64,000 bases of DNA from Chloroflexota bacterium (lineage in GTDB: Bacteria; Chloroflexota; Dehalococcoidia; Lucifugimonadales; UBA3495). Shown piece after piece: positions 30,462 to 46,979 of this stretch. A program made the translations under genes and the position numbers. Each line of letters opens with the position of its first letter. The stretch's first letter is position 1. Under the pieces are notes generated by a model, which worked only from the letters and a program-made list of their open reading frames with translations, made no database searches and was not told where the DNA came from. Location of the stretch: assembly GCA_027623675.1 (NCBI GenBank), contig JAQBVF010000003.1, positions 91,846 to 155,845 of the forward strand. The letters run 5' to 3'.

Positions 30462-31067
30462 ATGGCTGCATACGTGATTGGCGACATCAAAGTGACCGAC
30501 CAAGCGACTTTTGCCAAGTATGCCGCAGCGGTGCCCTCCAGCAGCGGGGCGTTCGGCGGCAGATACCTGGTGCGTGGACCGGGCAAATGTGAGACCGCCG
30601 AAGGCGACTGGCTCCCGGAACGCTTTGTACTGGCTGAATATAAAGACGTGGACACCATCAAGGCCTGGTACTACTCGCCGGAGTACAAAGCGCTTACGAA
30701 GCTTCGGCAGAGCGCTTCCACCGGGAACCTGGTCGCCGCCGAAGGGGCGGGCCCCGGCGTACAAGGAAGTGAGACGGGGGGAGCGGGGTACCTGATCGGT
30801 GATATCGAAGTAACCGACCCGGCCACCTACGCCAAGTACGCGGCGGGCGTGCCGGATACGGTGGCGGCATACGGCGGGATATACCTGGTTCGCGGGGCCT
30901 CGGGCGAGGTGTTTGAAGGGTCATGGACCCCCAAGCGGTTGGTGGTGCTGGAGTTCGAGAGCATGGAACGGGCCAAGGCCTGGTACAACTCGCCGGAATA
31001 CGCCGATCTGAAGAATCTGCGCCAAAGCGCCTCCAAGGGCAATCTGATATTCGCCGACGGCGCCTAG
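30462..31067 (+). CDS. Tandem DUF1330 domain protein
   Basis: Two copies of Y.IGDI.VTD...Y...V......GG.YLVRG...EG.W.P.R.V..E....KAWY.SPEY..L..LRQSAS. Confidence 0.9.
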   Translation: MAAYVIGDIKVTDQATFAKYAAAVPSSSGAFGGRYLVRGPGKCETAEGDWLPERFVLAEYKDVDTIKAWYYSPEYKALTKLRQSASTGNLVAAEGAGPGVQGSETGGAGYLIGDIEVTDPATYAKYAAGVPDTVAAYGGIYLVRGASGEVFEGSWTPKRLVVLEFESMERAKAWYNSPEYADLKNLRQSASKGNLIFADGA

Positions 31068-31091
31068 CATCCGCAGCCGATAGGAAGAAAC

Positions 31092-33608
31092 ATGGCTACA
31101 ACCAAAGACGGCATCAAGAAGATTAACCTCCCCGTCGAGGGCATGACCTGCGCCGCCTGCGTGGGCCACGTGGAGAACGCCCTGAACGGCGTTCCCGGCA
31201 TGGTCCACGCCTCGGTCAACCTGGGCACCGAGAAAGCTTCGGTGGAGTTCGATTCCTCCAAGGTGTCCATCGTGCAGTTGCAGGAGGCCGTTTCCAGCGC
31301 CGGATACAAGCTGGGCACCCAATCGGCCTCGCTGAACATCGGAGGCATGACCTGTGCCGCCTGCGTGGGCCACGTGGAAAACGCCCTGCTGGGCGTGCCG
31401 GGAGTATCCCACGCTAGCGTGAACCTGGGCGTGGAAAGAGCATCGGTGGAGTTCATGCCTGGCATGGTGGAACTTTCCGATCTGCAGAAAGCGGTGGAGG
31501 ACTCCGGTTACCGGGTCGAGGGCTTCAACGACGCCGGAGGCCAAGAACGGGAGCTGGAACGCCTTTCCAAGGCGAAAGAGATACGGGAACTTCGTAGCCG
31601 TCTGATCGTGGCTGGTGGCGGAGCCATCTTGTTGTTCCTGGGCACTTTTGACGCCCTGCCCTGGGTTTCCAAGTTCATGGGGCAAGGATACTATCCCTTC
31701 CTGCTCTGGGCGTTGGCTACGCCGGTGCAATTCTGGGCTGGTTCAAATTTCTACACCTCTGGCCTGGGGGCACTGAAACACGGCACGTCCAACATGCACA
31801 CCCTCATCGCCATGGGCACCTCGGTGGCCTATGGTTATAGCGTGGCGGTGGTGTTGCTAAACGCATTCTCGCCGGGCGTGCTGGCGGACAATGGAATTGA
31901 GGCCAAGGTCTACTTTGACACTGCGGCAATCATCGTGGCGCTGATCCTATTGGGCCGCTTCCTGGAGGCCGGCGCCAGGGGCCGCACCTCGGAGGCCATC
32001 AGGCGTCTGATCGGGATGCGCCCCATCTCGGCGCGGGTGGTCCGTGACGGTGAAGAAGTGGACATACCTGTCGACCAGGTCGTTCCCGGAGACGTGGTGA
32101 TGGTTCGCCCCGGAGAGAAGATTCCGGTGGATGGCATGGTCACCGACGGCTATTCGGCGGTGGACGAGTCCATGCTCACCGGCGAAAGCATGCCCGTTGA
32201 GAAGAGCCCTGGTCAGCGGGTCTACGGCGCAACCATAAACTCCAATGGCGCCATGTATTTCGAGGCCACCCAGGTGGGCGGCGAGACTGTCCTGGCCCAG
32301 ATCATCCGCCTGGTCGAGGAAGCCCAGGGCTCTAAAGCGCCCATCCAGCGGCTGGCCGACCAGGTCGCGTCCTACTTCGTCCCGGCAGTCATTGTCGTTT
32401 CCCTGGCGGCGTTCCTGTTTTGGATGCTGCTGGGTCCGGCCCCGGCGTTGACCTTCGCCACCCTGGTGCTGGTGTCGGTCCTAATCATCGCCTGCCCCTG
32501 CGCCCTGGGCTTGGCTACGCCCACGGCCATCATAGTGGGAACCGGCAAGGGAGCGGAAAGTGGGGTACTGATCAAGCAGGCGCAGGCCCTGGAGATCGCT
32601 CATAAGGTTGATACAGTGGTCCTGGACAAGACGGGCACCCTCACCACCGGAAAGCCCGTGGTTACCGACCTGATCGCCTCTGGCGGCTCCGAGCTGGAGC
32701 TATTGTCCCTGGCGGCTTCGGCGGAGCGCGGTTCTGAGCACCCACTGGGCGAGGCCATCGTGATCGAAGCCCAGAACCGGGGTCTTGAGCTTGCCGCGGT
32801 GTCAGGGTTCCAGGCGATCCCCGGCAGGGGCATATCGGCCCAGGTGGACGGCCGGACGGTCCGGTTCGGGAACCAGCTATTGATGGAAGAGGCCGGAGTA
32901 TCTTTGGAAGGCCTGCTTGAGAAGGCGTCGGCGCTGGCGGCAGAGGGCAAGACTCCCATGTACCTGGCTGCGGACGACGTGGCGATGGGGCTGATCGCAG
33001 TGGCCGATACGGTGAAACCCGAGGCGTATGAGGGGTTGGCCAAACTGCGGAGGATGGGACTTGACGTGGTTATGCTGACCGGCGACAACGCCAAGACGGC
33101 CCACGCCATCGCCATTCAACTGGGCGTGGACCGGGTCGAGGCCGAGGTACTGCCCCAAGATAAAGCGGCGGTGGTCAAGCGGCTCCAGGAGGAAGGCCGG
33201 GTGGTGGCCATGGTGGGCGACGGCATCAACGACGCCCCGGCGCTGGCCCAGGCGGACGTGGGAATGGCCATGGCCAGCGGCACGGACGTGGCCATGGAGT
33301 CGGCTGACATAACGCTGATGCGCAGCGACGTCAACGGCGTGGCGATGGCTTTGGAGCTGAGCCGGCAGACCATCCGCACCATCAAACAGAACCTGTTCTG
33401 GGCGTTCTTCTATAACGTGATGCTGATTCCCGTGGCGGCCGGGGCGTTGTACCCTGTATTCCAGGGACTTGGCGGCGTACCGGGCGGCCTGAACTTCTTC
33501 TTCGGTGAGCAGGGCTTCTTGAATCCGGCCCTAGCTGCGTTGGCCATGGCTTTCAGCTCGGTTACGGTGGTCACAAACTCACTGAGATTACGGCATGCTA
33601 AGGTCTAA
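31092..33608 (+). CDS. copA: Cu(I)-exporting P1B-1 ATPase
   Basis: Two GMTCAAC HMA domains, [26 protein letters not shown] and MAFSS. Confidence 0.96.
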   Translation: MATTKDGIKKINLPVEGMTCAACVGHVENALNGVPGMVHASVNLGTEKASVEFDSSKVSIVQLQEAVSSAGYKLGTQSASLNIGGMTCAACVGHVENALLGVPGVSHASVNLGVERASVEFMPGMVELSDLQKAVEDSGYRVEGFNDAGGQERELERLSKAKEIRELRSRLIVAGGGAILLFLGTFDALPWVSKFMGQGYYPFLLWALATPVQFWAGSNFYTSGLGALKHGTSNMHTLIAMGTSVAYGYSVAVVLLNAFSPGVLADNGIEAKVYFDTAAIIVALILLGRFLEAGARGRTSEAIRRLIGMRPISARVVRDGEEVDIPVDQVVPGDVVMVRPGEKIPVDGMVTDGYSAVDESMLTGESMPVEKSPGQRVYGATINSNGAMYFEATQVGGETVLAQIIRLVEEAQGSKAPIQRLADQVASYFVPAVIVVSLAAFLFWMLLGPAPALTFATLVLVSVLIIACPCALGLATPTAIIVGTGKGAESGVLIKQAQALEIAHKVDTVVLDKTGTLTTGKPVVTDLIASGGSELELLSLAASAERGSEHPLGEAIVIEAQNRGLELAAVSGFQAIPGRGISAQVDGRTVRFGNQLLMEEAGVSLEGLLEKASALAAEGKTPMYLAADDVAMGLIAVADTVKPEAYEGLAKLRRMGLDVVMLTGDNAKTAHAIAIQLGVDRVEAEVLPQDKAAVVKRLQEEGRVVAMVGDGINDAPALAQADVGMAMASGTDVAMESADITLMRSDVNGVAMALELSRQTIRTIKQNLFWAFFYNVMLIPVAAGALYPVFQGLGGVPGGLNFFFGEQGFLNPALAALAMAFSSVTVVTNSLRLRHAKV

Positions 33609-33678
33609 CAAGATATCTAAAGCGTCTGATCGCGCATCAAACAACGGGACTTAAACGGAGATTTTGGAGGAAAGGAAA

Positions 33679-33984
33679 ATGGCTACAGCGATCGACCCGA
33701 TCTGCCAGATGGAAGTGGACACCGAGAACCCGCCGGGCGGCCAGAGCGAATACGCAGGCGCCACGTACTACTTCTGCGCTCCCGGTTGCAAGGTGGCCTT
33801 CGATAAAGAGCCGGAGAAGTACGCTGGCGGGGCCGAGTCTGAAGGAGATGACCACGGCCACGGCCACGATCACGGTGATCATGGCCACAGTCACGGCCAT
33901 CACATGCCCGAGAACCAACCTGAGATGAAACCGGCGGCGGCAAGCAGGCCGGGGTTCTTTGCCCGCCTCTTCGGCAAGAAGTAG
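33679..33984 (+). CDS. YHS domain protein with His-rich linker
   Basis: DPICQMEV...YYFCAPGCK.AF..EPEKY followed by HGHGHDHGDHGHSHGHH. Confidence 0.9.
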   Translation: MATAIDPICQMEVDTENPPGGQSEYAGATYYFCAPGCKVAFDKEPEKYAGGAESEGDDHGHGHDHGDHGHSHGHHMPENQPEMKPAAASRPGFFARLFGKK

Positions 33985-34054
33985 CGGCCGGCCGTCCTTC
34001 GGGGAGTCTCGTTTTCACGTGGGGCTTTGCCCTAAAATCGTCATCCAGACGGGG

Positions 34055-34285
34055 AACATGGGTCATCCGGGTAGCGTGCTGACTGCCTGTCATTCTTTGC
34101 CTGACTTCAAGGTTGCCATCGTTCCGCGGGACCGGCAGTTGGTCTCCTATCGGCGACGGGATTCCTCGCTTCACTCGGAATGACCGAGGCGGCCGGAATG
34201 ACATACGTGGCCGGGGAATGACCGAGGCGGCCGGAATGACAGGCGTGGCGGCATCCACCCAGCACACTGGAGGATGACGCATGTT
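34055..34285 (+). repeat. Composite REP/MITE-like element, copy 3 (internally deleted)
   Basis: AACATGGGTCATCC...GGATGACGCATGTT terminal IR; GGATTCCTCGCTTCACTCGGAATGAC core and tandem GGAATGAC units. Confidence 0.88.
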
Positions 34286-34396
34286 ACTTGCACCGGTCAG
34301 GCTGAGGGGGAGGAGATTGTTCCTCAGAATAACCCGGTGTTGTACGACCGTTGATGGGGCAGGATGCCAACGAGGGCTTGGCCTGACGTTGCGGCC

Positions 34397-37015
34397 TTAG
34401 GCTGTGGCCCCGTGACAGCGTTTGTATTTCTTGCCGCTGCCGCAGGGGCATGCGGCGTTTCGGCCAATCTTTCCAGCCTTGCCCAACGGCGCCGTGCCGC
34501 GGTTCTTGTCATTGACCGCCTGCATGGGGCTGATCGGGGCGGCTGCCTGGCGGCGTGTCCCCGGAGCGGTCTGCTCGGTCAAAACGGCGTGGAAGACCGT
34601 GCGGATAACCTCGTTCTCGATACCCGCCTGCAGGTCGGAGAACATCTTGTGGCCCTCTGCGCGGTAGACGACCAACGGGTCGCGCTGACCGTAGGCTTGC
34701 AGTCCGACACCGGTCCTCAGGTTCTCCATGCTGGTCAGGTGCTGGACCCAGTGGTTGTCGATGGCCCGCAGCAGCAATAGCTTCTCCACGGTGCGCATCT
34801 GCTCTTCGCCCAGCTCCTCTTCCCTGGCCTGGTAGATGGTCTCGGCGTATTCGTCCAGTATCTCCGTTATCTGTTCCCGCCCCCATTCGTAGACTTGGTC
34901 CTCGGTGGCCAGTTCTGGCGGCACGGGGCAGATCTGGCTGATCTCGGAGATCAGCTCGGTGGGATTCCAGTCATCGACGTGTTTCCCGGGCAGGTAGGTG
35001 GCGGCCCTTTCGGCGAAGGTCCGGCGCAGCATATTGACGAATTTGTCCCTTAGGGACTCGCCGGACAAGGCCTGATGCCGGTCCTTGTAGATGATTTCCC
35101 GCTGATTGTTAAGGACATCGTCGTATTCCAGCAGGTGCTTGCGCATGTCGAAGTGGTAGCCTTCCACCTTGATCTGAGCGCTGCCGATGGACTTGGTGAT
35201 GATCCGGTTCTCCACCGGGGTGTCTTCGTCCAGGCCCGTCCAGCTCATCACCGTCTTGATGCGGTCGCCGCCGAACCGCTGCATCAGATCGTCTTCCAGG
35301 GATACGTAGAACTGGGAGATGCCCGGGTCGCCTTGACGTCCGGCGCGGCCTCGTAGCTGGTTGTCGATGCGCCGGGCGTCGTGGTGCTCGGTGCCGAGAA
35401 CGTGGAGACCGCCCAGGCTGATCACCTGGTCGTGTTCTTCCTTCCAGCCTTCGCGGTCGGTGTCGGCGCCGCCGAGCACGATGTCGGTGCCGCGACCGGC
35501 CATATTGGTGGACACGGTCACCGAACCCAAGCGGCCGGCCTGGGCGACGATGCTGGCCTCATGTTGGTGGTTCTTGGCGTTCAACACCTGGTGGGGAACG
35601 CCCCGATTCTTGAGGCGGTCGCTCAGGTACTCAGAATCTTCGACCGCCGTTGTTCCGACCAGTACGGGGATATTTTGTTCGTGCAATCTGGCGATGTCTT
35701 CCGTGACGACGTTCCACTTTCCGTCCTCAGTCTGGAATACCAGGTCTGAACGGTCTTCCCGGCGCATGGGCAGGTTGGTGGGCACCGCCACGACCTCCAG
35801 CCCGTAAATCTTGTAGAACTCGTCCGACTCTGTAAGCGCGGTGCCGGTCATTCCAGCCAGCTTATCGTAGAGGCGGAAGTAGTTCTGTAGGGTGATCGTT
35901 GCGTAGGTGATGCTCTCGCGCTGGATCTTGATGCCTTCTTTGGCTTCCACCGCCTGGTGCAGCCCGTCGGACCAGCGCCGGCCCGGCTGGAGACGCCCGG
36001 TATACTCATCAACGATGATTACCTCGCCGTCCTGGACCACGTAATCCCGGTCGCGGATCTTGGATATTTCAGCGGTGAGGGCGTTCTCCATGTAGTGGAC
36101 CTGGTGGTAATTCTCCGGGTCGTAGAGGTTGGCGGTGTTGGTCCACTGCTCCATCTTGGAGATTCCGCTTTCGGTCAGGGAGATGGCCCTGGTGCGCTCG
36201 TCAATGGTGTAATCGGTGGCGTCGTCCAGCCGGGTTACCAGCTTGGCAAAGCTCTGATACAGCTGCACCGGTTCCTCGGCGGGACCGCTGATGATCAGCG
36301 GTGTCCGCGCCTCGTCGATGAGGATGTTGTCCACCTCGTCAACGATGGCGTAATGGAGTTCCCGCTGTACCCGGTTCTCCTCGGTCACCACCATGTTGTC
36401 GCGCAGGTAGTCGAAGCCGAATTCGTTGTTGGTGCCGTAGGTTATATCGGCCTGGTAGGCCTCGGGGCGGGAAACGGGCCGGAGATACTCCATGCCGTTG
36501 GGCGCCTCGGTCAAGTCGGGGTCGTACATGAAGGCGCCGTCATGCTGCAGGCAGCCGATGGTCAGTCCCAGGGCGTGGTAGATGGGACTCATCCACACCG
36601 GGTCGCGGCGGGCCAGGTAGTCGTTCACCGTCACGACGTGGACGCCCTTGCCCTGTAGCGCGTTGGTGTAGACGGCCAGGGTCGCCACCAGAGTTTTGCC
36701 TTCGCCGGTCTTCATCTCGGCGATCTGGCCACGGTGCAAGACCATGCCGCCGGTGAGTTGAACGTCGTAATGGCGTTGTTTCAGGTTCCGGCGCGCCGCT
36801 TCGCGGACGGCGGCGAACGCCTCTGGCATGATGTCGTCTAGGGTTTCGCCGTCGTTCAGGCGGCTCCTGAATTCATCGGTGAGAGCCCGGAGTTCTTCGT
36901 TGGTCAGCTTCTGAAAATCCGGCTCCAGTTCGTTGATCTCCTTAACGAAGGGAGCGAATCTCTTGAGAGCCTTCTCGTTGGGGTCGCCGAGCACTTTTTG
37001 GAGTACGGAAACCAT
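34397..37015 (-). CDS. secA: Preprotein translocase ATPase SecA
   Basis: MKTGEGKT, DEVD.ILIDEARTPLIISG, TNMAGRGTDI, QLRGRAGRQGDPG and C-terminal SEC-C CPCGSGKKYKRCH. Confidence 0.98.
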   Translation of the reverse strand: MVSVLQKVLGDPNEKALKRFAPFVKEINELEPDFQKLTNEELRALTDEFRSRLNDGETLDDIMPEAFAAVREAARRNLKQRHYDVQLTGGMVLHRGQIAEMKTGEGKTLVATLAVYTNALQGKGVHVVTVNDYLARRDPVWMSPIYHALGLTIGCLQHDGAFMYDPDLTEAPNGMEYLRPVSRPEAYQADITYGTNNEFGFDYLRDNMVVTEENRVQRELHYAIVDEVDNILIDEARTPLIISGPAEEPVQLYQSFAKLVTRLDDATDYTIDERTRAISLTESGISKMEQWTNTANLYDPENYHQVHYMENALTAEISKIRDRDYVVQDGEVIIVDEYTGRLQPGRRWSDGLHQAVEAKEGIKIQRESITYATITLQNYFRLYDKLAGMTGTALTESDEFYKIYGLEVVAVPTNLPMRREDRSDLVFQTEDGKWNVVTEDIARLHEQNIPVLVGTTAVEDSEYLSDRLKNRGVPHQVLNAKNHQHEASIVAQAGRLGSVTVSTNMAGRGTDIVLGGADTDREGWKEEHDQVISLGGLHVLGTEHHDARRIDNQLRGRAGRQGDPGISQFYVSLEDDLMQRFGGDRIKTVMSWTGLDEDTPVENRIITKSIGSAQIKVEGYHFDMRKHLLEYDDVLNNQREIIYKDRHQALSGESLRDKFVNMLRRTFAERAATYLPGKHVDDWNPTELISEISQICPVPPELATEDQVYEWGREQITEILDEYAETIYQAREEELGEEQMRTVEKLLLLRAIDNHWVQHLTSMENLRTGVGLQAYGQRDPLVVYRAEGHKMFSDLQAGIENEVIRTVFHAVLTEQTAPGTRRQAAAPISPMQAVNDKNRGTAPLGKAGKIGRNAACPCGSGKKYKRCHGATA

Positions 37016-37184
37016 TGATCAAAAGACCTCTTGGGCAGACATTGATCGGCGGCTCGAATGCCGCCGGCAATGATACTGACGGGATTTTTGAGCATAAAAA
37101 TGGCCCAAAACTAATTGTATTGTATCGAAACACCACTGGTGATGCACGCCCACCGCGCGCAATATAGGCGGTTGAAGCACCGGA

Positions 37185-38187
37185 CTAAACGCTAAAGCTG
37201 GGCCTGGCGCTGCCCGTAAGTTCACTTAGGCTTGAAACCCCGGACTGGCCGGCCCATTCCTTCAACTCGCTCAAGATACGCCAGGGAGCGGCGAGCCCCA
37301 CCAAGTTAGCGCTACCTATCTGTACGGCGGAAGCGCCCGCCAGGATGTATTCCGCGGCGTCTTCTCCGGTGAAGATTCCGCCGACACCGATGATCGGCAC
37401 GTCGACCACTTTGGCGACCTGGTAGACCAGCGCCAAGGATATGGGTCGCAGGCCCGGCCCGGAGAGTCCGCCGGTGATGTTGCCCAATACCGGCTGGCGG
37501 GAGTGCACGTCGATACGCATGGCGGGCATGGTATTGCAGATGGTCAGAGCGTCGGCTCCGGAGTCCACGGCGGCTTTGGCGATCACCGTGATGTCGGGCA
37601 CGTTGGGGGCGAGTTTGGCCAGGACGGGCAGGTCTGTATTGGCCCTGACCGCCGCCACCGCTTGCGCCGTTAGGCTGGCGCTGTGGCCGAATAGCGAGCC
37701 GTCTTCAACGTTGGGGCAGCTGAGGTTGAGTTCGATACCCTGGAACCCGGCCCCCCGGTTGGTCATGGCCGCCATCTCGGAGAACTGCTCCACGGAATCG
37801 GAGGCGAAACTGAGCAGCACGGTGGCGTTCCACCGGTCCCAAGTTGGGGTAACATCGCGCAGGGCGGCCTCGATGCCGGGGTTGGTGAGGCCGATGGCGT
37901 TTAAGAATAGGGTGTCGCCTGCGTCCCAAGCCTCGCGGTAAGACACCGGGTACCACTGGGGTTCGGGGTTGCCTTGGCGGGCCAGGCGGGTGACAGTCTT
38001 TGGGACTACCGCGCCCAGTTGGCCCAGGTCCATGTCTTCGGTTATGCCCCGGCCGTAGCCGTCATAACCGAATGTGCCGGAGGCAATCATCACCGGGTTG
38101 GCCAACCGCAGGTGATGGGGGTTGCCAGGGGCCAGATCTACGGATAGGTCTGGCCCCTGATCATGCTCACCGTGATATTGCTTGGCG

Positions 38188-38207
<20 letters not shown>
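37185..38207 (-). CDS. pyrD: Dihydroorotate dehydrogenase family 1 catalytic subunit
   Basis: [35 protein letters not shown] and GGLSG; start (38207 or 38198) overlaps the rpoC stop region. Confidence 0.93.
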
Positions 38208-42660
<4,453 letters not shown>

Positions 42661-42668
42661 CCTGACCA

Positions 42669-45600
42669 TTAAATCGTCTCCAGAGGCTGGAATAGATCGG
42701 TTTCGTCGGCCATTCCCTGGCTCATCGGCGCACGCCTGTCCTCGTTCAGCAGCTCAACGGCAAGGCCAAGGCTTTGCAGTTCCTTGAGCAGAACGTTGAA
42801 CGATTCGGGTACGCCGGGCTGGCCGATGGGCTCGCCTTTGACGATCGCTTCGTACGTTTTTACGCGTCCGGCAACGTCGTCGGATTTGACCGTTAGAACT
42901 TCTTGCAGGTTGTATGCCGCGCTGTAGGCTTCCAGCGCCCAAACTTCCATCTCACCGAAGCGTTGACCGCCGAACTGGGCTTTGCCGCCCAGAGGCTGCT
43001 GGGTAATCATGGAGTAGGGGCCGGTGGAACGCGCGTGAATCTTGTCTTCCACCAAGTGGATGAGCTTCAGGATATAGATGTTGCCCACGGTTACCAATTG
43101 GTCGAAGTTCTCGCCGGTCCGGCCGTCGCTGAGTTCAAACTTACCGAAGGTGGGCGGCGCTATGCGCTGCTCCCGGTGGACCTTGAGGGCAGCTTTGTGC
43201 ATCTCTTCGATGAGCATGCCGGTGGTGTCGATCCCGGCTTCATCGGTCAGCCACATGCGCAGGCAGGCCTCACGGGCAACGCCGAGTTTGCCGTCGTCGA
43301 ATATCTCCCTGGGGTTGTAGCCCTTGGACTCTAGCCAGCGGTCCACCTGGGGGTAGTCAACCTCGGGGATGCCGTCGGTCGGCCCGAGATGGGACGCGCC
43401 AGCCTGCTCGGTGAACCACACGCGGGCCAGGGCGTCTTCGATGGCCGCGTCGCCTGCTCCGTCGAACACGGGGGTGGCAGCCCTGAAATTCAGACCGCGG
43501 GCGGCCCAGCCCAGGTGAGTTTCCAGCACCTGGCCCAGGTTCATCCGGGAGGGAACGCCGATCGGATTCAGGATGATTTCCACGGGGGTACCGTCGGCCA
43601 GGTATGGCATGTCCTCTTCGGGCAAGATGCGGGCGACCACGCCCTTGTTGCCGTGGCGGCCGGCCATCTTGTCTCCCACCGATATCTTCCGTGTCTGGGC
43701 GATCCAGACCCTAACGGCCTGGTTCACGCCCGGCGACAGGTCGTCCCGGTTCTCGCGGGTCAGGACCTTCACGTCGATGACCTTGCCGCGCTCCCCGTGG
43801 GGCACGCGCAGCGAGGTGTCCTTAACGTCGCGCGACTTCTCGCCGAAAATGGCGCGCAGGAGCTTTTCCTCGGCGGTCAGCTCGGTCTCACCCTTGGGAG
43901 TGACCTTGCCCACCAGGATGTCTCCGGGGCCGACGTCGGCGCCCACGCGGATGATGCCCAGGTCGTCTAGGTCCCGCAGGCTGGTCTCGCCCACGTTGGG
44001 TATGTCGCGGGTGATCTCTTCGGGGCCCAGTTTGGTTTCCCGGGCTTCCATCTCATGCTTCTCGATGTGGATGGAGGTGAAATAGTCGTCTCGGTATAGG
44101 CGCTCACTCACGATGATGGCGTCTTCGTAGTTGTAACCCTCCCAGGACATGAAGGCCACCAGCACGTTCTGGCCCAAGGCCAATTCGCCGTGGTCGGTGG
44201 ATGAGCTGTCGGCCAGAACGCTGCCGACCTCAACCACGTCGCCCTTGGTGGCGATGGAGCGCTGGTCGAAGCAGGTCCCCTGGTTGGTCCGCGAGAACTT
44301 GATGACGGGATGCGCGAACTCTTTCCCATCTTCATCGGTCACGATGATCTGTTTGCCGGTGACCGAAGTCACCACGCCATTGACTTGGGACGTGACCAAC
44401 TGGCCGCTGTCGCGGGCAACACGGCCTTCGATTCCGGTGCCGACAACGGGAGCCTGTGCACGCAACAGCGGCACCGCCTGGCGTTGCATGTTGGACCCCA
44501 TCAGGGCCCGGTTGGCGTCGTCGTGCTCCAGGAACGGGATCAGGGCCGCCGACACGCTCATTATCTGCATGGGCGAAACGTCCATGTAGTCGATCAGATC
44601 GGGCGTTTCCTGGGTGTAATTCTCACCTACCCTAAGCTCAACGCGCTCCTGGACGAACTGGTTCAGGTGGTCGAGATGGGCATTGGCCTGGGCGACCCGG
44701 AAGTCTTCTTCCTGGTCGGCCGAGAGATAGACGACGTTTTCGTCGCCGGTGCCAACGTATGGATGCACGTTGATGATTGTGCCCTTGGGTAGTTGGCTCA
44801 GGGCGTTGATCTTGTTCGCCCCGATGGCCCGTCCCTTGGCCACGATGGTCTTGCCCTCTGCGTCCATGACGGACTCGGTAACTGTGCGGCCCTTCAGGTC
44901 GTCGGAGTCGTTGGGAAGGGTCTTGAACACCTTCCGGTAGGGCGACTCGATGAAGCCGAACGGGTTGATCCTGGCGTAAGAGGCCAGTGAACTGAGCAGG
45001 CCGATGTTGGGGCCTTCAGGCGTCTCTATGGGGCAGATGCGTCCGTAGTGGGAGAAGTGAACGTCCCGCACGTCGAACCCGGCCCGTTCCCGGGACAGAC
45101 CGCCGGGGCCCAGGGCTGAGAGCCTCCGCTTGTGGGTCAGCTCGGCCAACGGATTGGTCTGGTCCATGAACTGGGACAGCTGGGAGCCGCCGAAGAATTC
45201 CCGGACCGCGGCCACCACGGGGCGGATGTTGACCAGCCCCTGGGGCGCGGCGGCTTCGGGGTCCACCAGCGTCATCTTCTCTTTGACCATGCGCTCCATG
45301 CGGAGCAGGCCCACGCGGACCTGGTTCTGGACCAACTCGCCCACGCCACGGACGCGGCGGTTGCCCAGATGGTCGATGTCGTCGGGGTGACCCTCGCCTT
45401 GGTTGATGCGGATCATGGTCCGGATGACCGAAACCACGTCGTCCAGGCTCAGAGTCATCAGGTCATTGTTGCCGGCTTGTCCCAGGCGGCGGTTCAACTT
45501 GTAGCGGCCCACGCGGCCCAAGTCGTAGCGGCGCGGCCCGAAGAACAGATTGCGGAACAGCGTCCGCGAGTTCTCCAGGCTGTTCGGTTCACCGGGCCTG

Positions 45601-46445
45601 AGGCGGCGGTAGAACTCGATCTGTGCGGCCGCTATGCGCCGGGCGGCGTCGGCGTCGAATTCCCTGTCCTCGTGTAGCCATTCCCATAGGGAGCGCAGGT
45701 CATCTTCTTTGAAGTTCAGGTCCTTGGGCTCCAGGACAGGGTCCTTGTCCAAGGTGGTCTGCATGTACCGGTGGCTCTCGTCGGTGTCGATATCACTGAA
45801 CAGGGCCATCATTTCGTCGTCTTCGGCCACGCCTAGGGCGCGCAGGAAGGTGGTCGCGGAGACCTTGCGTTTTCGGTCAACCTTGACGGAGATGATGTCC
45901 TTGGAGCTGGTCTCGAACTCCAGCCAGGCGCCCCGTGAGGGAATCAGCTTGGCCGAGCAGAGGTTGCGGTTGCTGATGGCGTTGCGCTCTGAGACGAAGT
46001 AGATGCCGGGTGAGCGCACCAACTGGCTGACCACGACGCGCTCGGCGCCGTTGATGATGAAGGTACCGTTGGAGGTCATCATGGGGATGTCGCCCATGAA
46101 GATCTCTTGTTCCTTGATCTCGCCGGTCTCTTTCATGACCAGACGGGTCTTCACGTAGAGGGGTTGAGAGAAGGTTATCTCCCGCTCTTTGGTCTCCTGC
46201 GGAGAATATTTGGGGTCGCGGAAGTAGTGCTCCTGGAAATGCAATTCGTACTTATTGCCGGTGTAATCGGCAATGGGTGAGATCTCTTTGTATACTTCAA
46301 CCAACCCATCAGATTTTAGCCAGTCCCAAGACTGTATCTGACTTTGAATCAGATTGGGAACGTCGAGTATCTGAGGAATCTTCGCATAGGTTTTGACATC
46401 GGGCAGTTGCATAGATTGCCCTTTGAGAACGGGTGACAAAGCCAT
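42669..46445 (-). CDS. rpoB: RNA polymerase beta subunit
   Basis: [31 protein letters not shown] and [13 protein letters not shown]. Confidence 0.99.
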   Translation of the reverse strand: MALSPVLKGQSMQLPDVKTYAKIPQILDVPNLIQSQIQSWDWLKSDGLVEVYKEISPIADYTGNKYELHFQEHYFRDPKYSPQETKEREITFSQPLYVKTRLVMKETGEIKEQEIFMGDIPMMTSNGTFIINGAERVVVSQLVRSPGIYFVSERNAISNRNLCSAKLIPSRGAWLEFETSSKDIISVKVDRKRKVSATTFLRALGVAEDDEMMALFSDIDTDESHRYMQTTLDKDPVLEPKDLNFKEDDLRSLWEWLHEDREFDADAARRIAAAQIEFYRRLRPGEPNSLENSRTLFRNLFFGPRRYDLGRVGRYKLNRRLGQAGNNDLMTLSLDDVVSVIRTMIRINQGEGHPDDIDHLGNRRVRGVGELVQNQVRVGLLRMERMVKEKMTLVDPEAAAPQGLVNIRPVVAAVREFFGGSQLSQFMDQTNPLAELTHKRRLSALGPGGLSRERAGFDVRDVHFSHYGRICPIETPEGPNIGLLSSLASYARINPFGFIESPYRKVFKTLPNDSDDLKGRTVTESVMDAEGKTIVAKGRAIGANKINALSQLPKGTIINVHPYVGTGDENVVYLSADQEEDFRVAQANAHLDHLNQFVQERVELRVGENYTQETPDLIDYMDVSPMQIMSVSAALIPFLEHDDANRALMGSNMQRQAVPLLRAQAPVVGTGIEGRVARDSGQLVTSQVNGVVTSVTGKQIIVTDEDGKEFAHPVIKFSRTNQGTCFDQRSIATKGDVVEVGSVLADSSSTDHGELALGQNVLVAFMSWEGYNYEDAIIVSERLYRDDYFTSIHIEKHEMEARETKLGPEEITRDIPNVGETSLRDLDDLGIIRVGADVGPGDILVGKVTPKGETELTAEEKLLRAIFGEKSRDVKDTSLRVPHGERGKVIDVKVLTRENRDDLSPGVNQAVRVWIAQTRKISVGDKMAGRHGNKGVVARILPEEDMPYLADGTPVEIILNPIGVPSRMNLGQVLETHLGWAARGLNFRAATPVFDGAGDAAIEDALARVWFTEQAGASHLGPTDGIPEVDYPQVDRWLESKGYNPREIFDDGKLGVAREACLRMWLTDEAGIDTTGMLIEEMHKAALKVHREQRIAPPTFGKFELSDGRTGENFDQLVTVGNIYILKLIHLVEDKIHARSTGPYSMITQQPLGGKAQFGGQRFGEMEVWALEAYSAAYNLQEVLTVKSDDVAGRVKTYEAIVKGEPIGQPGVPESFNVLLKELQSLGLAVELLNEDRRAPMSQGMADETDLFQPLETI

Positions 46446-46611
46446 TTACCCTCTCCTTACCGGAAGTGGACGTGATTGGCCATGGGGCCTAGTGCCAGAG
46501 GCGCGAGTGCCCGGGGCGGGCAAGTATGTAGGAAAAACGAGTGTTGGGGATGGTTGCCTATACGTGTGGTGAGCGAATACGTAGTTTGAAGCATACACTT
46601 ATCAAACCTCA

Positions 46612-46639
46612 ATTATACTAGTAATCACACGGATGTCAA
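46612..46639 (-). promoter_or_regulatory. Consensus sigma70 promoter for rpoBC
   Basis: Minus strand TTGACA-16 bp-TATAAT, about 165 bp upstream of the rpoB start. Confidence 0.8.
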
Positions 46640-46979
46640 TATTGCGGCTTGGTATTTTCGGTGGTTTCCACCCGATTTGTCAAGGGCCGGATTTTCTTCG
46701 TCTCCCATGCAACTTCTCTATGCCTGGCGGGAGACCTTGTTCGGCGACTTTTTTGGTTGTCCGGAGACCGCTTTGGACCAGATTGGTCCTCTATGATTTA
46801 CCGTACGAATGGGCTATTATCACTGCAAGAAATTTCGTGGCGCCCCAAGATTACTTGATCGCGGGTTCTTAAATTTGGTTGCCCGCGCCCGGTGGCTGTT
46901 AACCCAAGTTGCGGAATAAGGCCAAGCATGGCCGCCGGGCGCGGGGCCCGGCCAAACTTTAGTACTCGTTCAGGACTCG

